61,313 nucleotides of DNA, taken from assembly GCA_945861225.1 (NCBI GenBank), contig CAMATU010000002.1, positions 1-61,313 of the forward strand, given 5' to 3'. This stretch comes from Klebsiella pneumoniae (lineage in GTDB: Bacteria > Pseudomonadota > Gammaproteobacteria > Ga0077536). Of the stretch, positions 1 through 8,821 are shown piece by piece. Every line of letters starts with the position of its first letter. Within the stretch, counting starts at the first letter, position 1. Both the position numbers and the translations under genes were made by a program. The notes below the pieces were generated by a model. That model made no database searches. It had not been told where the DNA came from and was given only the letters and a program-made list of their open reading frames with translations.

Positions 1-49
1 GAAGAGGGAGGTCCACTGATCTGGCCACGCATCACCGAGACCGCGCAAC

Positions 50-1441
50 GTGCTTTCGACGCAACCTGCCGAAAGCTATATCGATCCCTTCAGCAGCACA
101 AACAACGAAAATAACTCAGAATCTACCCACAGATTCCGCCGACGAGCCAAAAATTTAAACCAGCCCGTGCACGCGTACGCGATCAATCTGAACGATCTCT
201 CGGCGCAGCTGCCGTCAGCGAGCAGCGCTGCCGCGACGATTAGCGGGGTGCCAACGATTGCGGTGCTTCCGTTCGTTAATCTCTCAACGGACCCCGAGCA
301 CGAGTATCTCGTCGAGGGCATGACTGCTGATATTACGAGTGGGTTGTCCTGTGATTCTCGGTTTGCCGTCATTGCCCAAGGATCGGCGAATGCGTTCAAG
401 GGCGACACCCGCGATGTGACCGAGATCGGGAAATTACTTGCTACGAACTATGTTGTCACCGGCGCGGTGCGTCGACTTGGTGATCGTTTGCGAATAACCG
501 CAGCGTTGGTCGATGTCGCAACACGCAACGAAATCTGGAGTGCGCGCGAAGACCGCGAGTTGGCGGAAATTTTCGAGGTATTCGACGATGTAATTGAAGC
601 CCTGGTGACCGCGTTGGCTTCGCATCTGAAACTGGCCGAAGAGAAGCGGCATCGGCGTAAACCCCCCGAGCAGCTCGATGCGTGGGCGCTCACGGCACGC
701 GCTTCGCTGGCCTATTTCATCTCGGGATCAGTTTCGATCAAAGAGGGGCTGCCGATGGTTGCGCGCGCGCTTGAACTCGATCCCAATTATGCTTATGCGT
801 GGGCCGTTTATGGCTTCCTCACGGCATTGAAGTTCCCGATCGGTCTGAGTTCGGATCATGCCGCCGATGTCGAAACTTCGCTGGCCGCGACTCGCAAAGC
901 CTTGACCCTCGATCGCTACGATCCTTGGGTCCTCACGGCGCACGCCGCTGCGATGCAGTATGCCGGCCAGGCGCCAGAATCCCTTGGTTATCTCGAGCGA
1001 AGTTTGCGCGCGAATCCTAGCGAGGTGCTGACCCACTGCTACTACGGCAGGGGCTTAATGTTCTCCGGTGAGCCCGAACGTGCGCTCACCCATTTCGCAC
1101 GCTTCAAACGTCTCAATCCGACGGATCCAGGCGCACACATGGCCGCGATGTATCACGCGCTCGCGATAGTGTTCGCGCGCCGCTGGCCAGAGGCCGAAAG
1201 CATCGCGCGTGATGCGATTACGGCGGCGGGCGGCGGAAATCCTTGGTCGTGGACGGCACTCGCAATCGCGCTCGGTGCACTCGGGCGCGAAACAGAGGCG
1301 CGTGCCGCGATCGCCAACCTACTCCGACTCTCGCCACACTGGACCCGTCAGTTCGTAGAGACATTCTTTACGACCTGTCAGTCTGAGCAAAGCCTCGTGA
1401 CCCCCTTGCTCGACATTCTTCGCATCATCTGGCCGGACTAA
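50..1441 (+). CDS. TPR-repeat protein with N-terminal TolB-N-like domain (regulatory/periplasmic type)
   Basis: 463-aa ORF with a GTG start. The motif IAVLPFVNLSTDPEHEYLVEGMTADITSGLS is typical of the TolB-like domain found in front of TPR repeats, and the C-terminal half is TPR-like. Codon third positions are GC-rich. Confidence 0.6.
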   Translation: MLSTQPAESYIDPFSSTNNENNSESTHRFRRRAKNLNQPVHAYAINLNDLSAQLPSASSAAATISGVPTIAVLPFVNLSTDPEHEYLVEGMTADITSGLSCDSRFAVIAQGSANAFKGDTRDVTEIGKLLATNYVVTGAVRRLGDRLRITAALVDVATRNEIWSAREDRELAEIFEVFDDVIEALVTALASHLKLAEEKRHRRKPPEQLDAWALTARASLAYFISGSVSIKEGLPMVARALELDPNYAYAWAVYGFLTALKFPIGLSSDHAADVETSLAATRKALTLDRYDPWVLTAHAAAMQYAGQAPESLGYLERSLRANPSEVLTHCYYGRGLMFSGEPERALTHFARFKRLNPTDPGAHMAAMYHALAIVFARRWPEAESIARDAITAAGGGNPWSWTALAIALGALGRETEARAAIANLLRLSPHWTRQFVETFFTTCQSEQSLVTPLLDILRIIWPD

Positions 1442-1532
1442 CAATTGAGCGATCTGCTGCATGACTGTGTGGACCATTCATCACTAAATGTCCGTGTGCG
1501 ACGATTGCGATATTCAAATAAGCGATGCGTAA

Positions 1533-1577
1533 AAAAGGTGCCGGCGTGATTAAATTTTATCCACGCCGGCACCTTTT
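1533..1577. terminator. Bidirectional rho-independent terminator hairpin
   Basis: Perfect 16-bp inverted repeat aaaaggtgccggcgtg / cacgccggcacctttt with a 13-nt loop. It has an A-run on one side and a T-run on the other. Confidence 0.6.
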
Positions 1578-1663
1578 CGCCTTTTCGATATTCAGGTCAG
1601 CGATCCACCGGCGGCGGACTATCATTGATACACTGCTAGCAATTTGTTGAGCGCGCGTTGACG

Positions 1664-2974
1664 ATGCCTGTACCCGAAGTCCCAACCCGCATCCGCTGGC
1701 GCATCATCGCGCTGATTTTCTTCGTTTACGTGTTGATGTTCATTGATCGCATCAACATCTCCATCGCCGCGAAATACATCATTCCAGAGTATGGGCTTAG
1801 CCAGGTCGAATTCGGCGCGATTTTCAGCGCATTCGTGTTGGCTTATGCGCTCGCCCAGATCCCGGGCGGCTGGCTCGGTGATCGCTTCGGTCCGCGCCGG
1901 GTCATGACCTGGGCCATTTTGTGGTGGTCGGCGTTTACTGCCGTCACCGCGATCGCGGGCGAGTTGGTCTTAGCCTCGACCTTGGGAGTGGTTGGCTCGT
2001 TCGCGGTGGTGCGCGCACTGATCGGTGTCGGCGAAGCAGCGGCGCCACCGAACGGGAGTCGCATGATCGCCAACTGGTCGGCACCGGCGGAGCGCGGACT
2101 CGCCTCGGGCTTTGCCATTAGCGGGAGTTCAATTGGTGGGGCGCTGACGCCGCCGCTGATCGTCTGGATCATGATTCATTGGGGGTGGCGCGAGGCGTTC
2201 TATATCACTGGTATCGCCGGAATCGTGGTCGCAGTCATCTGGTATTGGTTGACGACGGACACCCCATTGACCCATCCTCGGGTCAATTCCGCAGAGCGTG
2301 AAATTATCGATCCGGCACACAGCCGGTCTGCAGGGGCTTACGAGGCTTCGCGCAAAGTGCCGTGGCGGCGTCTGTTCGGGAGTCGGGATCTGTGGTTTCT
2401 GACAGGTGCCTATGCCGTCCTCGGGTACATCGTCTACTTCTACTTCGCGTGGTTCTATCTTTATCTCGTGAATGAGCGGGGCTTTTCGCTGGAGCTTGGC
2501 GGCATCTTTACCATGGCGCCGTTCCTGACGATGGCGGTCGCGAGTCCGCTCGGCGGCTGGCTCAGCGATAGCATCGGCCGGCGTTACGGTAAACGCTGGG
2601 GCCGCTCCGGGGTGGGCTGCATGGCGATGGTGCTGACTGGGATTTTTATTCTTCTCGGTGCGGCGACGGACAATGCAATCCTCGCGGTTACGTTGTTGTC
2701 CGCGAGTACCGGCATCCTGATGTTGAGCGTCGCGGCATTTTGGGCGACGACGATCGATTTAGCCGCTCGTTATGCTGGTACTGTCGCTGGCATCATGAAT
2801 ATGGGCGGCAACTTGGGCGGTACGATTTCACCGTCACTCACGCCGTATCTCGCGGAACATTATGGGTGGAACAGTGCGCTCTATGTGATGGGTGCACTCA
2901 GTCTGCTGGGGGCCGCGTTATGGCTCGGCGTGCGGCCGGCGCAGGAAATCGATTTCGACGCGGCACAGCGCTGA
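1664..2974 (+). CDS. MFS transporter (anion:cation symporter / ACS-like)
   Basis: About 436 aa and polytopic. The motif FIDRINISIAAKYIIPEYGLSQVEFGAIFSAFVLAYALAQIPGGWLGDRFGPRRV is a typical ACS-family MFS signature. The track ORF starts at TTG 1658; the ATG is at 1664. Confidence 0.85.
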   Translation: MPVPEVPTRIRWRIIALIFFVYVLMFIDRINISIAAKYIIPEYGLSQVEFGAIFSAFVLAYALAQIPGGWLGDRFGPRRVMTWAILWWSAFTAVTAIAGELVLASTLGVVGSFAVVRALIGVGEAAAPPNGSRMIANWSAPAERGLASGFAISGSSIGGALTPPLIVWIMIHWGWREAFYITGIAGIVVAVIWYWLTTDTPLTHPRVNSAEREIIDPAHSRSAGAYEASRKVPWRRLFGSRDLWFLTGAYAVLGYIVYFYFAWFYLYLVNERGFSLELGGIFTMAPFLTMAVASPLGGWLSDSIGRRYGKRWGRSGVGCMAMVLTGIFILLGAATDNAILAVTLLSASTGILMLSVAAFWATTIDLAARYAGTVAGIMNMGGNLGGTISPSLTPYLAEHYGWNSALYVMGALSLLGAALWLGVRPAQEIDFDAAQR

Positions 2975-3007
2975 CGTCGGGAAATTTAACGCGATAGGAG
3001 CAAAGCA

Positions 3008-3904
3008 ATGTCCGGCACTACACACCGTACCTCCATTAGCTATATTGACCGCACACGCGAGTATTACCACGCGCTGGGCTATGCGAAGCCTTACGTGTGG
3101 GCGCGCCACACGGACGCCGCTTTCGCCGCGCTTGCGAAGCCGCTGGCGCAGAGCCGGCTCGCCCTGGTAACTACCGCGAGCCCGTGGCGCGAAGACCAAG
3201 CTGCAGACGGCGCTCCGCGTGGCAGCAAGCGAGTGTGGTCGGGAGCGACCGAAGTGCCACCCGCGCGCCTGCACACGGAAGATCTCGCGTGGGACAAGGT
3301 GACCACCCACACGCGCGATGTGGAATCCTTCCTGCCCATTCGCCGCCTGCAAGAGGCAGTGGCAGCGCGGCGCATCGGAAGTCTTGCCGCCCGCTTCCAT
3401 GGCGTCCCGACGGATTACTCACAGCGCCGCACCATTGAACAAGATGTGCCTGAAATCCTCGCACGCTGCCGCGAAGATGAAGTTGATATCGCGCTCCTCG
3501 TTCCGCTCTGACCCGTCTGCCACCAGACCGTGAGTCTGGTCAGTCGCCACCTCGAGGAGAACGGAATCGCGACTGTCGTGATCGGCTCGGCGCGCGATAT
3601 CGTCGAGGAATGTGGCGTTGCGCGCTTTCTCTTCAATGATTTTCCGCTCGGCAATCCGTGCGGGAAGCCGTACGACGTTGAAATGCAACGCGCGATCGTC
3701 GGTCTGGCGCTCGATCTGCTGGAGAGCGCGTGGCTACCCCGCACGACCGTGCAGACGCCGTTCCGTTTCAGCGAAGAGGAGAGCTGGAAGCAAAACTATG
3801 CGCGGGTTGATCCTGCGCAGAGTGCGGAGCTGCTGCGTTTGGGTGAGCAACGTCGGAAACTCAGGGACAGTTTACCGATTACACCTGCAGTCTCCGACTC
3901 CTAA
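3008..3904 (+). CDS. GrdB/PrdB-family (selenoprotein B-like) reductase subunit, in-frame UGA 3509-3511 read as Sec168
   Basis: Track ORFs 3008-3511 and 3530-3904 are in the same frame and are separated only by one TGA. Read-through gives ...DIALLVPL-U-PVCHQTVSLVSRHLEENGIATVVIGSARDIVEECG.... There is an AGGAG RBS 8 nt upstream of the ATG, a hairpin just after the TGA, and selD in the same window. Confidence 0.75.
3517..3543 (+). promoter_or_regulatory. Candidate bacterial SECIS hairpin
   Basis: The structure is CUG-(CC bulge)-ACCAGAC-cguga-GUCUGGU-CAG. It starts 6 nt after UGA 3509-3511, and the apical loop contains GU. Confidence 0.5.
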
Positions 3905-3938
3905 ATCGGTAAACTGCCCCGGATTTCTGGATTTCGTT

Positions 3939-4427
3939 TCAAGGCGGTAACAACAGGCGCAGCATGCCCAGGCCGGGGCCGAGCTCGGACCACCGCGCGA
4001 GATCCAACGCCACTTCGGCCAGGGTGCCCGCCTCGCACATGAGCGAGGCATCCATCTGCTGAGTGGTTAGTAAACTTATGAAGTCCGCGACCCCGGGCGC
4101 ATGCGCAACCAACAACAGTTGGGTGACGTCAGCCGACTGACTTCGCGCTGCGCTGAGGAGTTCGGCGGCGCTCGCCTGGTAAAGCCGATCAATGGAACAT
4201 ACCGGAGTGGTCCACGCGGCCGCCGCGACTACTGCCTCGGCAGTTTCCCGCGTACGCACCGCCGCCGAGCACACGATTTGATCGGGAAGGTAGCCGCGTT
4301 GCTGCAGCCAGGTACCCAGCGTTTGCGCCTGCGCACGCCCATAGGCGGTGAGGGGGCGCTGCACGTCGGGCAGTGCGCGGCTCTCTGGTGCGGCTTGTGC
4401 GTGACGCAGAATCAACAGAGATTTCAC
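3939..4427 (-). CDS. SixA-like phosphohistidine phosphatase (histidine phosphatase superfamily)
   Basis: VKSLLILRHAQAAPE...RPLTAYGRAQAQ...VCSAAVRTRETAE contains the RHG-type motif. GTG at 4427 avoids overlap with the upstream gene; the track ORF extends to 4583. Confidence 0.7.
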   Translation of the reverse strand: MKSLLILRHAQAAPESRALPDVQRPLTAYGRAQAQTLGTWLQQRGYLPDQIVCSAAVRTRETAEAVVAAAAWTTPVCSIDRLYQASAAELLSAARSQSADVTQLLLVAHAPGVADFISLLTTQQMDASLMCEAGTLAEVALDLARWSELGPGLGMLRLLLPP

Positions 4428-4441
4428 GCTCGCGACAAGCC

Positions 4442-5086
4442 TTACGCCGCACCCAGCGCGTACGCGCTGCTCGTGGGCGTCATTAGCGGGATCATTCGCC
4501 AGTGCGCACCGCTGCATTCGAACATCAAAGGTAGCGCGTTGGCGGTCAAGTCCACCGAAAGCTCGATGTCCAGCGCGCCACACAGCACGCGCAATACGCC
4601 CCCATGACTGACTAGCAGCGGCAGTGGCCCCGGCACCAGCAGCTCACCAACACCCACCAAGGTGCGATCAACAAAATCGACCAGGGTCTCGCCATTCACG
4701 GGATCTATCCGCCAGTCCAAGCCTTCGCTGGTGGTGCCGATGAGATCGCCAAAGTAGCGCTCGCGGAGCGCAGCGCACACGCTCACTGGTTTAGCGGTCG
4801 CGGCGGCCACGCGACCGGCAGTGAGCCATGCGCGAGCCATGTCGCTGGCATAGATGTGATCGAAGGGAATGTCGCATAGGCCGCTGGCAGCGGCGTCGGC
4901 ATCACCGAAACCTTCTGCGCACAGCGGAATATCTGGATGCTGAAAAACCCGCTGCAGATTGCCGGCAGTGCGGCCGTGCCGCAGGAACAGGAAGCGATCA
5001 CGATTGGCTTTCAGGCCCGTGGCGCGCGCGATGGCACGCAGTGCCAACTGGCCGGCCTGATTCTCAAGCGTTGCGGTAGTACTCAT
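4442..5086 (-). CDS. Histidine phosphatase family protein (phosphoglycerate mutase-like)
   Basis: Motifs FLFLRHGRTAGN ... LLVSHGGVLR; 214 aa. Confidence 0.8.
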   Translation of the reverse strand: MSTTATLENQAGQLALRAIARATGLKANRDRFLFLRHGRTAGNLQRVFQHPDIPLCAEGFGDADAAASGLCDIPFDHIYASDMARAWLTAGRVAAATAKPVSVCAALRERYFGDLIGTTSEGLDWRIDPVNGETLVDFVDRTLVGVGELLVPGPLPLLVSHGGVLRVLCGALDIELSVDLTANALPLMFECSGAHWRMIPLMTPTSSAYALGAA

Positions 5087-5182
5087 GGAAGATTCTCGGC
5101 CGTTGGATCACGCAGGGTTCAATTCTGGAGTGCGCACACCTCGCATGCAATCACGGCGGCGTCGAGGCGATGACGAGGCAGA

Positions 5183-6601
5183 CTAGTGACCGGCGACTTC
5201 GCGCACCAGTTCGTGCAGCAGGAGCGTGGCGTTGGTCAGTTCGTTAATCGAGATGCGCTCGTCACGGCCGTGCACGCGCGCGATTTCTGCCAGCGGCAGG
5301 CGCATGGGCATGAAGCCATAGCAGGTGATGCCCTTGGCGCGAAACGTATTGCAATCAGTAAAGCCGGCGATGAAGTTGGGTGTGACCTGCGCGCCAGCCG
5401 CGTGCCGTTGAATCACAGTCGTGATCGCACTGAACAAGTCGGTATCGAGCGGCGAGGAATGGGCAGTCGAAGACAGCAGAGTCTCGCTGCGCACTGTGGG
5501 CTCATGCATTACGCGCGCAAGCTCAGCGACCACCGCCAGTGGGTCCTGCCCCGGCAGCAGCCGCAAATCGAGCACGGCGGAAGCTTCGGCCGGATACACG
5601 TTCTCCTTGGTGCTGCCAGTCAACATGGTGATCGCCAGACTGTTACGCACCATGGCGGCGCGGTGTGGATCGTGTAGGAATTCGGTACGGAACGCCGGCT
5701 GCGTCAGTGATTTAGCGAGATCGCGATAGGCCGCACGCTGATCCAGCGGCAGCGTCTCGGCACGCCGGTCGAACACCCGCTGTACTTCCGGCACGACCAC
5801 CAGCGGAAATTCAAACTGCTCAAGACGCGCCAGTGCGCGTACCAGACGATGCGTGGCCGCTTCTGGCTTCGGCAGAGAAGCATGGCCCGCTGGCCCAGTC
5901 GCGATCACTTTTAACCATAGCGGCACCTTCTGCGCAAATTCGACAGCATAGAGCAGGTGTCCATCAGTCGACTGCAGCATGGCACCGCCTTCGTTCAGCG
6001 CGAACTCAACGTCCTGCAGCAGCGCAAAGTGTTCGGCCATCAGGTAACGCGCGCCACCGCCACCGCCTTGTTCTTCATCGGCCACCGCCAGCAGCACCAC
6101 GTCCCGCGCGAGTGGCACCTGGAGTCGCTTGAGCAGCACAAAGGACAGCAGTTCCATGATGCCTGGTCCTTTGTTGTCGAGCGTCCCGCGGCCCCACACA
6201 TAGCCGTCACGCAGCGCACCAGCGAACGGCGGCGTACTCCATTCATCGGCACTGGCCGGCACCACATCCATGTGATGCACGAGCATGAACGCCCTGCGCT
6301 TGCCGTTGCCCTTGAGACGCGCATATAGATTTGCGCGGCCTGGCGCACTTTCGAATATCTGCGACTCGATTCCCTCACGCTGCAGGAAGTCGGCCAAAAA
6401 TCGCGCGGTTGCGAGTTCGTTACCGGGCGGATTGGTGGTATCGATCTGCACGTATTGGCGCACCAGGCACACCGCTTCCGCCTGAACTGCGGCCGGCGCC
6501 AAGGTCATTGCGCGCGGACAAGCAGCCACCGAGTCTGGCTGCGGCGGACTCGCGCGGCTCTCCGCCGCGGTTACTGCCACGCTGAATATGATCGACAGCA
6601 A
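5183..6601 (-). CDS. M20 family metallopeptidase (secreted?)
   Basis: Motifs LVHHMDVVPA, GRGTLDNKG, AVADEEQGG; hydrophobic N-terminus. Confidence 0.85.
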   Translation of the reverse strand: MLSIIFSVAVTAAESRASPPQPDSVAACPRAMTLAPAAVQAEAVCLVRQYVQIDTTNPPGNELATARFLADFLQREGIESQIFESAPGRANLYARLKGNGKRRAFMLVHHMDVVPASADEWSTPPFAGALRDGYVWGRGTLDNKGPGIMELLSFVLLKRLQVPLARDVVLLAVADEEQGGGGGARYLMAEHFALLQDVEFALNEGGAMLQSTDGHLLYAVEFAQKVPLWLKVIATGPAGHASLPKPEAATHRLVRALARLEQFEFPLVVVPEVQRVFDRRAETLPLDQRAAYRDLAKSLTQPAFRTEFLHDPHRAAMVRNSLAITMLTGSTKENVYPAEASAVLDLRLLPGQDPLAVVAELARVMHEPTVRSETLLSSTAHSSPLDTDLFSAITTVIQRHAAGAQVTPNFIAGFTDCNTFRAKGITCYGFMPMRLPLAEIARVHGRDERISINELTNATLLLHELVREVAGH

Positions 6602-6749
6602 AATGCAAATTAATTTGATTCTCGGACCTCTGCTGCAGGGTGCGCTTGCCGGGATCGCGGCAAGCGATGCGCATAGATAGCGCTGGATTTCATTTCAATT
6701 TTTCCTGTGGACCAGCGCGAGAGGTGATCACAGCACGGACATCGATCGA

Positions 6750-7523
6750 CTACTGTGCCGTCCAACCGCCATCGACTGCCCAGGCCACGCCGCGCACGTT
6801 ATCCGCCGCACTCGTGCAGAGGAAGATTGCCAACTCACCGAGTTGTGCAGGGGTCGTGAACTGCAGTGAGGGTTGCTTCTCAGCCAGTAACTCGCGGCCA
6901 GCCTGTTCGATTGATATGCCCGCCTTTGCTGCCCGCGCATCAATCTGCTGCTGGACCAGCGGGGTTAGCACCCAGCCCGGGCAGATCGCGTTAACCGTGA
7001 CACCGGTGGCCGCGGTTTCGAGCGCGAGCGCTTTCGTCAAACCGACAATGCCGTGCTTTGCCGCGACATAGGCCGACTTACCGGCGGAGGCGACCAGCCC
7101 GTGAGTCGATGCAATGTTGATTATGCGGCCCCAGTTGCGCGCCTTCATGTGCGGCAGGGCCAGGCGCGAGGTGTGGAAGGCCGAACTTAGATTGATGGCG
7201 ATGATGGCGTCCCAGCGATCGACCGGAAAGTCCTCCACATTTGCGACATGCTGGATACCTGCGTTGTTCACCAATACATCAGCCCCACCGAATTTTTTCT
7301 CAGTGAAGGCCAGCAGGTCTGCGATCTCCGCAGGCTTGCTCATGTCCGCGCCGTGGTACTCAACCTGCACGCCGAGCGCAGTGACTTGGGCAATCGCAGC
7401 GGGGTAATCCCCGAAGCCGTTCAGCACGATATTCGCGCCTTGGCGAGCCAGGCACAACGCGATGCCGAGCCCAATTCCGCTGGTCGAGCCGGTGACCAGT
7501 GCCGTTTTATCTTTGAGTGTCAT
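6750..7523 (-). CDS. bdhA: 3-hydroxybutyrate dehydrogenase (SDR)
   Basis: LKDKTALVTGSTSGIGLGIA, YVAAKHG, and a C-terminal ...VRGVAWAVDGGWTAQ typical of BdhA. Confidence 0.85.
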   Translation of the reverse strand: MTLKDKTALVTGSTSGIGLGIALCLARQGANIVLNGFGDYPAAIAQVTALGVQVEYHGADMSKPAEIADLLAFTEKKFGGADVLVNNAGIQHVANVEDFPVDRWDAIIAINLSSAFHTSRLALPHMKARNWGRIINIASTHGLVASAGKSAYVAAKHGIVGLTKALALETAATGVTVNAICPGWVLTPLVQQQIDARAAKAGISIEQAGRELLAEKQPSLQFTTPAQLGELAIFLCTSAADNVRGVAWAVDGGWTAQ

Positions 7524-7622
7524 GAGTCGATCTCGTTAGGCGCCTGCGTGTCTTCGAAGTTGATGGTGAGGCTCGCGCGCGCGAGAAGATCGGGGACCCT
7601 AAAGATTCCCGATCGTACTCGC

Positions 7623-8759
7623 TCAGATCGGCGTGAACCCCGCCTCACGCGGAAATCCCGCAATATCCGGTGGCGGGTAGTAGCGATCCGCGCCCAGCGC
7701 ATCGACTCTCGCGAAGAACTCTTCGTTGGCCGCGAAACCCATGGGTCCCAGCTCGCGCAGGTTCATCGCCTGGCGGTAGAGATTCCACGATTCGGGGTGT
7801 AAATCGCTCGCAGTTTTCAGGCACGCATCGCCTTCCGCTTCTTTGCCGTGCTGGCGCAGATAGAAGCCTAAACGGAAGTTGGCATTGGCGAGTGCGACAT
7901 TATCCGCCGGGAGTTCAAGATGCGCGCGCGCCTGTTCTGGCGTGAAGGCGTGCTTGCTCTTGGCGCCGTTGATGGCCCAATCGCGGACTGCACTCACATA
8001 GGTCTGTTGTGCCTTGGCGACAAGCGCGGCGGAGCCTTCCGGCACGCTGCGATCTTCACGGTTCATTGCGCGCCAGCCGTCGTGCGAGCCGGCGGTCTCA
8101 GCCGGGCGCACGATGTGACCTTCCTCGTCGATCCACACCGCCTGCGGCACATTGACCATGTTGTACAAATCCGCGACATGATGTTCGCGATCGATCAATG
8201 TCACATAGCCTGGCTTGGCAAGATCAATCCACTCGCGTGCAGTTTCATTGCCGCGGCTCTCTTCGGCCACCGCGATGATCATGAAATTCTGGTCTTTGAC
8301 TTCGTCGTACAGAGCCTGCCACACGGACAGGTCATAACGACAGCCTCACCAGGACGACCAGGTCGTCAGCAATACGCGCTTGCCACGATAATCAGACAAG
8401 GCATGCGACTTGCCGTCGATATCCGGCAGCCGGAAGTCCGGTGCGTCCAGCGTCTTAAGCGCATTCGCGCGATCACTTGCGCCCACCCCAAACAGCCAGG
8501 TATCACGGGCTTGATCGTGCAGCACCGGGCGACCCAATAACTTCCAAAACGCGGCGGCGTTAACGTCGTCGCCCTGCACAAAGGTCTCAGGTTTTTCACG
8601 GGGTACCGGCACGCACAGGTCGCCCTGGCACAGGCCTTCGGGTTTCAGGGTCCAGCCGAGCGCGCGTTCGATGTCGGGCTTGTTCAGCCACAGATCGTCG
8701 CCGCTGGCGCGCCCCGCTGCCACCATCGTGGCGCCGGCCTCGGTAAGTACGGTGAGCAT
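7623..8759 (-). CDS. Thioredoxin-fold (TlpA/ResA-like) selenoprotein, in-frame UGA (8346-8348) read as Sec138, plus helical C-terminal domain
   Basis: Track ORFs 8346-8759 and 7623-8324 are in the same frame. Between them is one TGA followed by GGC TGT CGT. Read-through gives RVLLTTWSSW-U-GCRYDLSVWQALYDEVKDQNFMIIAV, a CxxC redox motif with U at the first position. A strong AAGGAG RBS precedes ATG 8759. Confidence 0.75.
8304..8341 (-). promoter_or_regulatory. Candidate SECIS-like extended hairpin
   Basis: Minus-strand RNA folds as GUCGU-UAU-GACCUG-uccgugugg-CAGG(C)UC-UGU-ACGAC, starting 7 nt after the UGA. It was folded by eye and is imperfect. Confidence 0.35.
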
Positions 8760-8821
8760 AAAGTTCTCCTTGAAAAGAGCGTGGGTAGATGAATCGGCTG
8801 TGCGAGCGAGAATAACGCAGA

